Shown here piece after piece: positions 7,767 to 20,100 of a stretch of 32,792 nucleotides of DNA (position 1 is the first letter of the stretch; every line of letters starts with the position of its first letter). A program made the translations under genes and the position numbers. Location of the stretch: assembly GCA_017407305.1 (NCBI GenBank), contig JAFQWS010000040.1, positions 1 through 32,792 on the forward strand, written 5' to 3'. The notes beneath the pieces were generated by a model, which had not been told where the DNA came from, did no database searches, and was given only the letters and a program-made list of their open reading frames with translations. This stretch comes from Clostridia bacterium. GTDB lineage: Bacteria > Bacillota > Clostridia > Christensenellales > CAG-314.

Positions 7767-8720
7767 ATGAAAACAAACGCAAACAACAACGTAAATAAAA
7801 CAAGACGCATGGCACTGGTTGCCTTGTCTTTGGTTGTCGTTTTGTTGTTGTCGGTTGGAGTTACCCTTGCATGGTTTATCAACTATCAACTTACGCAACT
7901 TGGTGGCTCGACGGTTACCGTTACGGGAAGCAGAGTTTTGCAATTTTCCTTCTTTGACGAGGAAAATCCCGACCAATCGGTTTACGTCAGTCAAGCAACT
8001 CAAAGTTTTGAAGAATATGGATTGACACACGTTACAGGCAACGGCATAGATTTTTGGATTCCCTCGTTGGAACAACAAGATTCCAGTGCGTCGGTGGACG
8101 TGGGTGGCACTTGGACAAAAGCATTGGCTACCGACGGTACAGCACCAGGTGACTACATCAGTTTGTGCCTCAAGTTCTTTTCCGAAGATGTCATGGACGT
8201 TTATTTGAGCGCAGAAAGTTCCGTGCTTCCTGCAACGGAAAGCAACCCCAGCAACTACGGAGACTTTTCCAGAAACAACATTGCATCGGCCAGTCGCATT
8301 TCCTTTTTGAATACAACGTTTGATCAAGAGTGGAACAAGACGGAACAATTCAATTTTGTTTGGATTCCCAACGTCAACGGCCAATTGATTGAAACCAACG
8401 GAAGATTTTCCTTCAACTTAAACGGAACACCCGAAACGTCCTACTCTTACTACTATATCAATTCAAACGACGAAAAGGTGTCTGCAACGTTTAACGCAAC
8501 ACAATATATAACAGCCCCCACAGCACAAATCGGCGCAGAAGCACCTCAAGATGGAACGGGTTACGTCACAACTTTGCAAGAAGGGGAAAACGGACAATAC
8601 ACAGCCTACGTAACCATAAACATTTGGGTGGAAGGTTGCGACAGAGAATGTCGCAGAGCATTGGCAGGTGGACAATTTGACGTTTACTTGCAATTTATCG
8701 GTATTACGACACAACAATAA
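7767..8720 (+). CDS. Secreted TasA/camelysin-like fibre subunit paralog 2
   Basis: N-terminal TM segment then VTLA-WF. Family blocks SASRISF, VWIPN and INIWVEGCDRECR (W at 8625). Confidence 0.7.
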   Translation: MKTNANNNVNKTRRMALVALSLVVVLLLSVGVTLAWFINYQLTQLGGSTVTVTGSRVLQFSFFDEENPDQSVYVSQATQSFEEYGLTHVTGNGIDFWIPSLEQQDSSASVDVGGTWTKALATDGTAPGDYISLCLKFFSEDVMDVYLSAESSVLPATESNPSNYGDFSRNNIASASRISFLNTTFDQEWNKTEQFNFVWIPNVNGQLIETNGRFSFNLNGTPETSYSYYYINSNDEKVSATFNATQYITAPTAQIGAEAPQDGTGYVTTLQEGENGQYTAYVTINIWVEGCDRECRRALAGGQFDVYLQFIGITTQQ

Positions 8721-8728
8721 GGTACAAG

Positions 8729-9910
8729 ATGAAAAGTGGATTCAAAAACAAAAACTTAATACTAGCAATCGTAGCCATCATCCAAACGATTTTAATCGTC
8801 ACGATGGTAACCTTTGCGTGGATTGAAGGTGTGGATGAATCCAGACTTCACGGCAACAACGTTGGCATTTCTTCCTCTCCCAAATTGCTCATTTCATTGA
8901 GTGACGTCGTGGGCACGATTGAAATCAACGATTTTATCGACCAAGATTTTGCATTGAAAGAAGTTTCCAGCATTGACGGCAAAAACTTGTTCGTTGCAGA
9001 AGGTTACGAAAACGTAGGTGGCAAAACTTTCCGCACTTTGCGTCAAGCAACCGATTTAATGGACAAAAACATTTCTTATCTTCAATTTGACGTAAGCATG
9101 GTGTTTGATGCAAGTGGTCAATTTGAAGACAAGTTGATGAACGTTTTTATCAATCCCTACAAATCGTACGTAATCAAATCTCAAGACGCAACGGTCGATC
9201 GCAACCTTTTGGGAATTGAAGCAGGTGCCATGCAAGCCTTTGCAGAAAGTCAAGGTTTTGCAGACGTGGAAGCATATTTTACAGATTTCGTATCCAAAAC
9301 CAGACAACGTTTGGGCTTGGGCGAAGATGCTCAACTTACGGCAGATCAACTTGATGACTATTACGATTACTTATATGTCAATCAAGACAACCCCAATATT
9401 CCCGATTGCCCTCCCTACAAACCTCGTTATGCAACAACGTGGGATGAAACGGGCTATTTGGTATCACAACAAGCACCCTCTGCAGTGCTCAACCCTATTC
9501 GTGTTTCTTTGACCTACAACGACACAACAGTCATTATGGGTATGCGTGAAGAAGACAACGGAGCCATGACTTGGGAACAACTTGTTGCTGATGCAAGTGC
9601 AACCAAAGCAGTCAGCGCGCTCATCAGAGAGTGGTCGGAATTGAGTTTAACACAAGACCAAATTATGCAACAAGACGTCAAAGCACACATTGCAGGACAA
9701 AGAGTTTATTCTTTGTGTGGCACAATGGCAAATTCATTTGGATGCAATGCACAAAACAAATTGTTCACCTTAAATCCCAACCAAGAAATTATCGTTACAA
9801 TTCGCATTTGGTTGGAAGGTGGCGACGTAGAAACGACGGATGAAATTGCCAATACCGAATTTGATATTCAGTTATATTTTGACACGTCCATCGTAGATCA
9901 AACAAATTAG
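8729..9910 (+). CDS. Secreted TasA/camelysin-like fibre subunit paralog 3 (with large central insertion)
   Basis: N-terminal TM segment then VTFA-WI. Family blocks NPIRVSL and IRIWLEGGDVETT (W at 9809, no Cys). It is about 100 aa longer than its neighbours through a central acidic, Tyr-rich insert. Confidence 0.65.
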   Translation: MKSGFKNKNLILAIVAIIQTILIVTMVTFAWIEGVDESRLHGNNVGISSSPKLLISLSDVVGTIEINDFIDQDFALKEVSSIDGKNLFVAEGYENVGGKTFRTLRQATDLMDKNISYLQFDVSMVFDASGQFEDKLMNVFINPYKSYVIKSQDATVDRNLLGIEAGAMQAFAESQGFADVEAYFTDFVSKTRQRLGLGEDAQLTADQLDDYYDYLYVNQDNPNIPDCPPYKPRYATTWDETGYLVSQQAPSAVLNPIRVSLTYNDTTVIMGMREEDNGAMTWEQLVADASATKAVSALIREWSELSLTQDQIMQQDVKAHIAGQRVYSLCGTMANSFGCNAQNKLFTLNPNQEIIVTIRIWLEGGDVETTDEIANTEFDIQLYFDTSIVDQTN

Positions 9911-9920
9911 GAGATAGCCT

Positions 9921-10538
9921 ATGAAATCTACTTCCAGTTTGTTAAAAATCACTTGGATTTTGTTTTTGACAATGTTGTGTGTTGTCAGTTACACCTTTGC
10001 GTGGTTTTCCGTGGAATATTATGTTGGTAATTCGCTTAGATACACCAAACGACTTTCCATTGTGTCGGCATCCAACATTGTAGTAGAAAACTACTACGTA
10101 ACGCGCCAAGATCAAACGGACGTGTTTATTGAACAAAACGGCACTTTTGCATTAGACAACTTGGCACCCAATCAAACACAACAATTCAAAACCGTTATTT
10201 CCAACACAAACGGCGATCACGCAGTTAGAGTAAATCTTTTCATTGACCGTCTCAGTTACACACCTGCGCTCAACAACTACTTGTACGTCAGTGTTTATTC
10301 TCAATCGGCAACACAATGGTACAATTACAACTCCGGTTATTCTGAAACGACGGCTCTTATCAATGGACAACAACACGAGTTGTACCAACAAACGTCCGTA
10401 CAAATTGCAGATTCCATTGAAATTCAACCCAACGAAACGGTCACGATTGTTTGGGAAATTCTGCTCAACAAAAACGCAGGTGATGATTGTCAAGGCGCAT
10501 ACGTGCTTATCAACAATCTTATTATAGGACTTGCATAA
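9921..10538 (+). CDS. Small TasA/camelysin-like subunit paralog 4 (closest to the canonical M73/TasA pattern)
   Basis: Strong RBS aggaga. TM segment then YTFA-WF. LAPNQTQQFKTVISNTNG resembles TasA L-K-P-G-D..F.F.N.G. The C-terminal IVWEILLNKNAGDDCQGAYVLINNL resembles the TasA/camelysin N-x-Y-Q-G-x-s-phi-x-phi-x-F terminal strand. Confidence 0.7.
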   Translation: MKSTSSLLKITWILFLTMLCVVSYTFAWFSVEYYVGNSLRYTKRLSIVSASNIVVENYYVTRQDQTDVFIEQNGTFALDNLAPNQTQQFKTVISNTNGDHAVRVNLFIDRLSYTPALNNYLYVSVYSQSATQWYNYNSGYSETTALINGQQHELYQQTSVQIADSIEIQPNETVTIVWEILLNKNAGDDCQGAYVLINNLIIGLA

Positions 10539-10541
10539 AAG

Positions 10542-11150
10542 ATGACCATCAAAAAAATACTCAACGCAATTTCTTCAATATTTATTGCAATTTTGCTTTT
10601 GTTGGCAGTGATGTTGATGCTCAACCGATTTGTTTTCAAACAAGACGATATGTTTGGCTATCAAGTGTATTACGTGTCCACAGGCAGTATGGAGCCGTCC
10701 ATTCCCGAAGGTTCCTTGATATTGTGTAAAGCAGTGGAATTTGAAGAATTGGAAGAAGGTGACGTCATTACCTTTGTGTCGCAACAAGGCGAAACGAGGG
10801 GAATGCGCATCACACACGAAATTGTGAATATCGACCCTCAAACGGGTTTAATTACAACAAAAGGGGAAGCCAACCCCCACGAAGACGACGAAAAAGTCAG
10901 TTTCGAAAACGTTTTGGGCGAATATCAACGCACTTTGGTTATTTTTGGCTGGGTGTACCGAGTGTTCATCACACCTTGGGGATTGTTGATATTTATTGCT
11001 CCATTGCTGGCAGCCGTTGTCTTTGAACTTGTCAACCTTTTCAAAAGCGCAAAAGAGGAGCAAGAAAAAGAAGAGCAAGAGGAAGATCTTGCCAAAAAAT
11101 ACGAAAAACAACTTATTGAACAATACTTAAAAGATAAAAAAGATGAATAA
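10542..11150 (+). CDS. sipW: Signal peptidase I, archaeal/ER-type (S26B), SipW-like, copy 1
   Basis: N-terminal TM segment. Motifs TGSMEPSIPEGS (Ser box), GDVITF, ITHEIV (His of the Ser-His dyad) and TKGEANPHEDD. A C-terminal TM segment is followed by a Lys/Glu-rich tail. The stop overlaps the start of the giant gene (ATGAATAA). Confidence 0.85.
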   Translation: MTIKKILNAISSIFIAILLLLAVMLMLNRFVFKQDDMFGYQVYYVSTGSMEPSIPEGSLILCKAVEFEELEEGDVITFVSQQGETRGMRITHEIVNIDPQTGLITTKGEANPHEDDEKVSFENVLGEYQRTLVIFGWVYRVFITPWGLLIFIAPLLAAVVFELVNLFKSAKEEQEKEEQEEDLAKKYEKQLIEQYLKDKKDE

Positions 11151-14100
11151 ACAAAATCAATTCAAATCTTCATACGCAAGACTCAAAGGTGTCAAGGGCT
11201 TAACAACCTACACCTTGCTTTTGCTTGTCTTGGTTTTGATTACGTTTACCGTATTTGCATGGTTTACAGCCACTGTTACGCCTTTTGACGGAACAGTTTC
11301 CATGGCATCCATTTCGGCAAACGTGGTTTTGTTTGACGACGAATTGGATACCAACAACTATTTGCGAGTACTTGGTCAACAATCTTCCTTCACAACGGAC
11401 ACAACGGCATCCATGTACAACTATGGAACGTATCCCGTCAACGGAAGCAACACTTATATGACCAACTATTTGCAAATTACAAACACTTGCGAACTTGATT
11501 TGAAAGCTTACGTCAAGTATTTGTTTACATACGACGTTGGTGCAGACGATTCTTTCTTTGACTACTACTATTTCCTTATCACAGACATTACGGACGAAGT
11601 TTTGGGATATTCCGACAGCGTTGACCAAGTTGCTGAAAGTGAACAAGGTCTTGCAATGCTCACGTTATACAACCAAGCATATTCTGAAACCTTTGCCAGC
11701 AACGTAGAAAGAGTATCTTCCATTTACGACTCCGAAGACAAAAAGGTAATGAGCGACCTTCGTCGCAACAGCCAAATTTGTCCCGAAATCATTTCTATGG
11801 ACGAAACTCGTTACTTCAGAATTGACTTTTGCTGTTACGATATGCCTTCCACGTCAGTTGATGGTGTAGAATTTTCTTTCAGTTCACTCATCACTTTGAA
11901 ACAAAAGGATGCGCCTGGCAACGATGGTGAAGACGTCGACGAAGGAGCCGAAGATCTTTCCAGCAGTGAAGAATTTTTGCGTTTCATTTCTCAAGCAAGC
12001 AACGGTCAAACAATTCGTTTGGCAACGGACATCAAAGTTGAAGCAAGTGTCACAATCACGTCAAGACTTAACATTGACCTCAACGGCCACACGTTGGAAA
12101 TCGCAGGCGACCTTGTTTATGAAACAATGTCGGCAGGCAAGTGTTATTTGGATGCATCTCGTGTCAACAACGACTACACTTACAGCCAATTGTTGATTGG
12201 TGGCAACTTGACCATCAATATGCCCAATGCAGAATTTAAAATTATTGGCATTGAAAACGCAGACAACATTGTTTTGAACTACGGAACCACTCGTGACGAA
12301 GTTGCCTTTACGGCAAACTGTGTAAGAGACACCAACGTATACTCTGCCGTCAACCAAGACAGCTTCTTGGCAGGCTTGGTGTTGGAAAATGCACACCTTG
12401 TCATTATGGAAAGTTCCATCAGTTCACGAGTTGCAGACGTTTACTTGGACAGCAACACACGTTTGGAATTGACTTCTGGCTCAAGTGTAGCCAACGTTTA
12501 CAACGTACAAGGCGCACACGACGTTGAAATTGTCAACAAAGGCACAATTCATCAAATCAACTTGTCCACTTTGCAACATTCTGGTTCCACAAGTGGCGAC
12601 TATTACGAAATTGAAATCTACAATGAAGATGGTACCTTTACAAGCAAGGGCGAAAACCTTTCTGCAGCAATCTTGCTTCCTTCTTGGTCTGTAGGTTTGT
12701 ACTCTGCATCTCAAAATCCTTCTTTTGGAACGCCCAACACCTACGTTTACACAACGGTCTTGGACTGGTACGTAAGACCCACAAGCAACAACAGCTTTAC
12801 ACAAAACGACATTGTTCGTTCCGGTTCCAGCGTTGATCTTGTAACCTTTATTTCCAAGGGTGAATATCGTATTTCCTTAAAGGACACCGATTATGTAGAA
12901 GAAACTATTCATCAATATCTCACGCAATACTTCCTCAACGTCGAAAGTGAGGGCGTATTGGCAGGCGACAGTGTAGAAACCATCACATCTCTTACCATTT
13001 ACACCTATGACGAAGTTCGTTTGGGCAATGTGGCAACAAGTGGCGACTACATCAACGACTGGGAATTTATGCGCACACGCATGACCAGTTTGTCAATTTT
13101 GAACCTTGCTTTTGCAGAATTGGCAAACGACGAAATTCCTGACGGCGCATTTGACGGCAAAACCTCATTGGAAATTGTCACCTTGCCTACAAGTAACTAC
13201 GCACCCAATGGTTACGCCATTGGCGACAATGCATTTAGAGGCACCAGCATCAAAGAAATCAACCTCAGTTCTTTGTGCACAGCCATTGGCACAGATGCTT
13301 TCAAAGTTGGCAACGAACTTTCCGTTGACCAATTGGATTGGTTGGTAATCAACTGGACGGATACGTCTGCAATGAGCAGTTCTTTGCTCAACGCACTCAA
13401 CGTAGATCGTACAGTGGTCTTTATGCGTACGTCAGTGTACAATGCTTTCCGTCAAACAGCCGAACGTGATTCAACGTGGTTCTACAACGTATATGAAGCA
13501 TACTCGGTAAAAGTGGAAGATGCAGTACACGATTGCATTTACTACTTGACGACTGTTTCCGGCAACACGGTAAAAGTTGTATATTACAGTGGTGCAATTT
13601 GGGACGGAACTGTAAATTCCACAATCAACAGCAATTACAACGTGGTGGAAATTGGCCAATCGGCATATTACCACGCATTTAGAATTGACGACAAAGCAAG
13701 CAGTACAGTTTGCAATCTTTCACAACAATGCACCAGCATTGGTGCAGACGCATTTAGAAACGGCAACTTTGCAAGCCTCAATTTGGGTGGTGCAACCTAC
13801 GTTGGCGACTATGCCTTTGAAGGTGCATCCATCACAACGGTTTCTGCTCGTACAACGGTAAACGTCACCTACTTGGGCGAATATGCTTTCAGCAACGTTT
13901 TGATTGGTGCAATTGGTTCGGCACAAAGCGTTTTGGATTTGTCTGCAACGGGCAACAGCAAACTTGCTTTTGGTCAAGGCGCATTTGAAAACGCAACAAT
14001 CAGAAATGCAACGTTGATTTTCAACAATCTTGAAAATTGGCAATCATCCCTTATAAGTGGTGCAACCTTCAGCCAAGTAACACTTGACTTGACAGGCACA

Positions 14101-17100
14101 ACGACAATTTCTGCTCTTTCCTTTGTATATACGGAAGAAGGCGAAAACGTTGCAGTATTTGATGCAACTTATCAAGAACAAAACAACTTGTATTTATACA
14201 ACTGCTACAACATCCAAGCAAACGCACTCAACGGCGTACAAGTAAATGAACTTGGCTTTGGTATTGTTGCAGGAAGCTTCACGACACAAGCACAAGTTGA
14301 TGCAGTTTCCTCAATGGGCGACGGCGAAAGCGGTATTTTGGTCAATTCCCAAGACTATCCTACGGCAGTAGAAAAGGTTATTGTACACGGTTGGTTGCCT
14401 CAAGAAGTCAGCGAAACAGCCACAAGCAATTTCAAACATTTCTTGGGTGGCGCAAACACCTCCTTTGCACTTGAAATTGGACAACAACATGCCAATGCAG
14501 GTTCAGTTTGGAACTATTTCGTTTATGACGTAGAAGAGGACGACCACACAGTTATCACCAATTTGACGTTGGACGAAACGGTCACGTCCATTGGACATCG
14601 TTCCTTTGGCAACGTAGAAATTCAAAACACACAACTTGATTTGACTGCTGTTGAAAGCTATGACGAATACGCATTTGATACGGCGGTATTCCCCTACTTG
14701 ACAGACGTTATATTCTCCGACACAGAAGTTTCTGCACGTGCATTTGCATACAGCACGTTTACAATTTTGCAAACTTTGGATTTGACCACCGTCAACCAAA
14801 TTGGCGCAGGTGCTTTCTATCAAGCAAAATTCCCCGCATTGACAAGATTGGACCTTTCCAACACCAACACAATTGGCGCACAAGCATTCTATCAAGCAGA
14901 GATTGGCACAAGCAATTTGTTGATTGATGCAACTGACGTACTCAACATGGGTACAAACGCACTTGGCGTTATTCATCAAGGTTTGCCTTCCGAAGATGAC
15001 GCAAACTCTGGTGTAGTGGTTGGTATCGGTGACCAAACAACCAACTTGTCTGCTTGCAACTATGATGCAAACTTGTTCTACAACGGACAAGCAAACATGG
15101 GCTTTACCTATCTTACAATCAATGGTGGTTTGCCTCAAAACGCATCCAGAGCGTTTGCAGGTTTCAGCGTGGGCGACACAACCTATCAAACCATTGACGT
15201 TGCCAACACAACGTCATTGCCCGAATATTTGTTCTCATCCAATCGCGTGGGCGCACTCAACGTTGGACAACTTCGTTATATGACCAACGTAACTCTTACG
15301 TCCGGTGGTGCAGTTCCCGCCTTTGGTAACGAGATTTACAGTTACAACGCAAATTTGGGCAAATTTGAAGCATTGGTACAACGTCCTGACAACTGGAACA
15401 CAAACTACTTCGACTACTTTACGACAATGGGTTCTACTCAACTTTCACTTGGCGAAGCAACCTTTGGTGGCATTTTGTGGAATGACACAGAAAGTGGTTG
15501 GTGGGAAAGATTTTTCACACACGTAGATGCATTGACAGCAACAAAGATGTTTGCCTATGGCAAGTTCAGCAATTTCAGCGAAAACACTTTCGCATTGAAC
15601 ATTAACTTGGGCGAACAAGCATTTTTCAACGCAGAATTTTCCGATTTGGAAAAACTTATCATTGTTGCCAACGAGCACAACGTCACAATTTTGGACGACG
15701 TTTTTGCCAACGCAACGATGAACAACGTCCAAGAAATTGACGTTTACACCGATGGTTACACTTTGACAATTGGCAATCAATTGTTCCACGGTGCATCACT
15801 TGAAAATCTTGCAAGCATTGCCGTCACAACAAATACGGGTGTGTTGACAATTGGCGACAATATGTTTGATGGTTGTACGCTTCCCGTCACGTCTGCAACT
15901 TTCACAACGGGTGCAAGTTGGGCAACCATTGGCGACAACGTATTTGCAAATTCTTCACTTGGCAATTTGACAACGTTTACTTTGACCAGTGGAGAGGGCG
16001 CATTGACAATTGATGGTTATCTCTTTGGCGAAGGTGCAAACCTATCTCAATTGCAAACTCTTACGGTAACGACAGCAGGTGGAGCAGTCACGTTGCAAGG
16101 TTTGATCAACCAAGCAGAAAACTTGACTTCATTGTTAGCCATCAACATCACCACAGGGTCCACGGAAGTTGCTGGTATCAACGCAGGTACGTTGACCATT
16201 TCCGAAACGGCAATTGTCAACGTTACGCAAGATGTTTTGAGCGGTTTGGAACGCATTTTGGTACAACCGAGCAAAGGCGCAATTTACGTTTCCAGTATTG
16301 CCGACGGCATTACCTTCAACAACGCATTTGATACACTTCAACTTGCATCTTCCACGTACAACACAAACGCAACACTCACTTTGGAAAGTGGCGTATTGTA
16401 CGACAGCACAGCAACAGGTTTGACACAAATCAACTTTGCAGTAAACAGTTCCAACTTGATTGTCAACGGCACCTTCCAAGGAAGCACCTTGTCCGGTGTG
16501 CAAAACATCACGGCACAAATCAATTCCACAGGTTCGTTGACTTTGGCAGACGGATTGTTTGAAAGTTGCGACCTAACGGCATTGGCAACGTGCGACCTTG
16601 CAGGTGCCTACAAAGTGGGCAACGATTTGTTCAAAAACGCAACGTTTGGACAAGTAGTCAATGTTGACTTGCGCAACGTATTGCAAGTTGGCGCACACTT
16701 GTTTGAATCGTCAGGAAACGTCACGTTGGGCAACGTTTACGTTGGTATCAACGACGCATCTTTGAAGGCACACGCACTTCAACCTCAAAACCACAACTAC
16801 GACTGTTTCTATGGTTTAGGTGACGGAACGTCCGCCAACATTTTTGGAACAACGGCAAGGGTAACAATTGCAAACCTTGTTGTGGACGGCGAATTGCCCA
16901 CCTACAACAGTGCGCAAATGTTTGGTTTGACCACAACGGGTGGCGAACTCAACTTTACGCAATTGACCATCACGGAAAACTGCTCGCAATTGCCCAATGC
17001 AGTATTCTTTGAACAAGCAGGTCAAATCACAATTAGCCAAATCAACGCATGTATTTCCTTGGAAAACAGCACGTTGAGAACGACAACAATTTCCATTGGC

Positions 17101-20100
17101 GACAACGCATTTAAAAACGTAACCATCAATGGTGCAGGATTCTTTGCCAACTTGTCCGACAATATCACGTCCATTGGTGCAAGTGCATTTGAAGGTGTCA
17201 CAATTCAAGACACTCAAAAATTCAACTTTGTCAACCTTACCACCAACGGAACGGCAATTGGCAACGGCGCATTCAAAGGCGCAACACTTTATACAAGTGA
17301 AATCGAATTTAGACAAGGCACAACTCTTGGCGAAAGTGCTTTTGAAGGTGCAACCTTCAACAACGCAGTCACAGTCACGGCAACCTCCCTTGTAGGCATT
17401 GGCGCAAGAGCCTTTGCCCAAGCAGAGTTGAGAGCAAATTCCTCTTTCGACTTCACGTTGACCACGACCATTGGCGACGAATTGTTTAGTCAAGCTCTCC
17501 TTCGTTCGGGCGACACGGCAAACAGCGTTGCAGTTAATATGGTCAACGTAAGACAACTTGGCAAACACGTATTTTACAATACGGACTTTGTTTCAACGTT
17601 GACGTTGGGAATTACGACAAACACAAGCGGTGCCTACTATGCTTCGGCAGAGGGTGGTTACACCATTTTTGGTGGTACGACAACCATTGGAACTGTGGAA
17701 GTTGTCAATGCAATTCCCACAACAGGCGTGGAAAACGCATTTGGTATTGAATCGGCCGACACTCAAGGTCGTTTGACAATCAACACGGTACTCATTTCCA
17801 ACGCAGTCAAAACCTTGCCCGACCAATTGTTTGCAGGTGCAACTTCACGCATGAAAATTGGAACGTTGCAACTTGGCGACAGTGTCAACGTTATCAGCGA
17901 AGACTTTGCAATTGGTCAACAATGCTTCTATCAAGTGTCCTTTGAAAGTTTTGCAATTTACTTTGCAAACGACTACACAGCCGACACAATTATTGAAAGT
18001 TATGCTTTCCAAGGCTCAATTTTGGGCAACGAAGCCAACCAAAACACAACGTTTGCAACCTTGCTCAGCCAAGTAACGGAAATTCAAGCCAACGCCTTTG
18101 ACGGTGCAACGGCATACTTTGGTGGTGGCGACGTAACCATTGTAGATGCAAGCATCAGACAAAACGCATTTACAAATGCAACCCTTTCCAACGTTGGATT
18201 GATTACAATTGAAAACACAACTTTGGAAACAAACGCTTTCAACGGAGCAATTATTTCAGGCCCCACTGCTTCGACGTTTGACCTTGTCATCACAAACGGA
18301 ACGACAATCAGCGAAAGCTGTTTTGCAGGGGCAACGCTTACTCGAATTGGTACGATTTCGGTAGACGACAGCACCATCGCAAGCAAGGGCTTTGCCAACG
18401 TCAATGCAAGTTCGGCAACGTTGCTAACTTTGACAAACGTTGGAGAAATTGGCTCGCAAGCATTTTATCAAGCCAACTTGGCATCCGTTGCAACAGCAAC
18501 AATCACCACTGCAGACAAACTTGGCGACAGCGCATTTGAAGGTGCAAACTTTGAACGTTTGACAACGTTACAAATTCAAGACGTTCCCGTCATTGGTACT
18601 GCAGTCTTTACAAACGCAACGTTGACAAATCTTGCACAATTGTCCATTGTTTGCGACCAATCTTTGTTGGACAGCAAAGCAACGGCAATTGGCGACAGCG
18701 CGTTTGCCAACTTGACGTTGACCAGCCTTTCAACTTTGACTTTGGTCAACTACGAAACAATTGGAAACCTTGCCTTTTACGACACCCCTATGAGCGAAGT
18801 AACAACCTTTACGCTCACTTTGGAAAGTGGTTACGTTGGAAGAATTGGCAACAAAGCCTTTGCCAACGTTCAATTGCAAAACTTGACCACCAACGGACTT
18901 GCCTTTGACGGCTATCAATACATTGGCAATTCCACAGAAGACAGTTACGTCTTTGCCAACGCATTCAAAGGTGGCATTGACCTTGACTTGACCGACGCTC
19001 GTGTCATTGGCAAATATTCCTTTGCAAGTTGTCAATTGGGCACGGTCACAATGGGCAACAGTACCTATGCAACCAGTGGTCAATACAGTTGGGGTGGCGG
19101 ACACGCAATCTTCACCGGTATTAAAGATGAAGACTACTCCAACTCAACGATTGCTTTCTTGGACGTCGTTGCACCCATGCCCACCAGCGCACAATACGTG
19201 TTTGGTGCAGACATCGTTGAGATGGATGCTCCCACCTACACAACGGTACGCTTTGGCGAAACGGTCAACACAATTCCCGACTATGCGTTCAATGCAGAGT
19301 TTGACACGGTAACGTTAAACAACCCTCGTCCTACAGTTCAAATTGAAAACTTGTACTTGATGTATCAACCCGATTACAACAACGGCGACTACTTCTATTT
19401 GGGCAACGTTTCTCACGCAGCCAAATTTATGGGTGCAGACAGTATGCCTACAAACTGGGTATTTGTTCATTACACGTCTATGCAAACAGACGGTTGGACA
19501 GCAACAGCAACCCACACTATTTTCTACTTGACGACTATTACGAGAATTTACGTTCCTGCAGGTACAGTTGACGATTATGAAAAATCAGCATTGGGCAGTT
19601 ACTATTGTATTAACAACGATGTTCGTTCGACCTTGCTTGGTACAACTGGTAACAGAACTTATACATCATGGGGTTCTGGCACGTATTTTGCATTTGAGTC
19701 AGCAAACCGTGATACAGTGCCTACCATTGCAAATAATGGTTTGCAAAACAAATTCAACACGTTGTCAACGGCATCAGACGATTGGACGTTTACAATCTTG
19801 AACGGCAACGAAGTTGCATTGGTTTCCTACGAAGGCACAGGCGACGTCACAATTCCTGCAACAATCACAAGCGGTGGCACGGATTATACGGTTGTGGAAG
19901 TGCTCAGTTCCGTTTTGCAAGGCACAACGGCGGAAATTGTCACAATTGGTGCAAACGTTCGCACAATTGGTGTTGACGGAATCAGTTCCACAATCAGACA
20001 ATTCAACGTCGACAACAACGCAAGATTTAGTGCAAGTTATTACTATCAAATAGACACAACCACAGGAAACGGCAACAATGCCAACACAACGACGACGTTC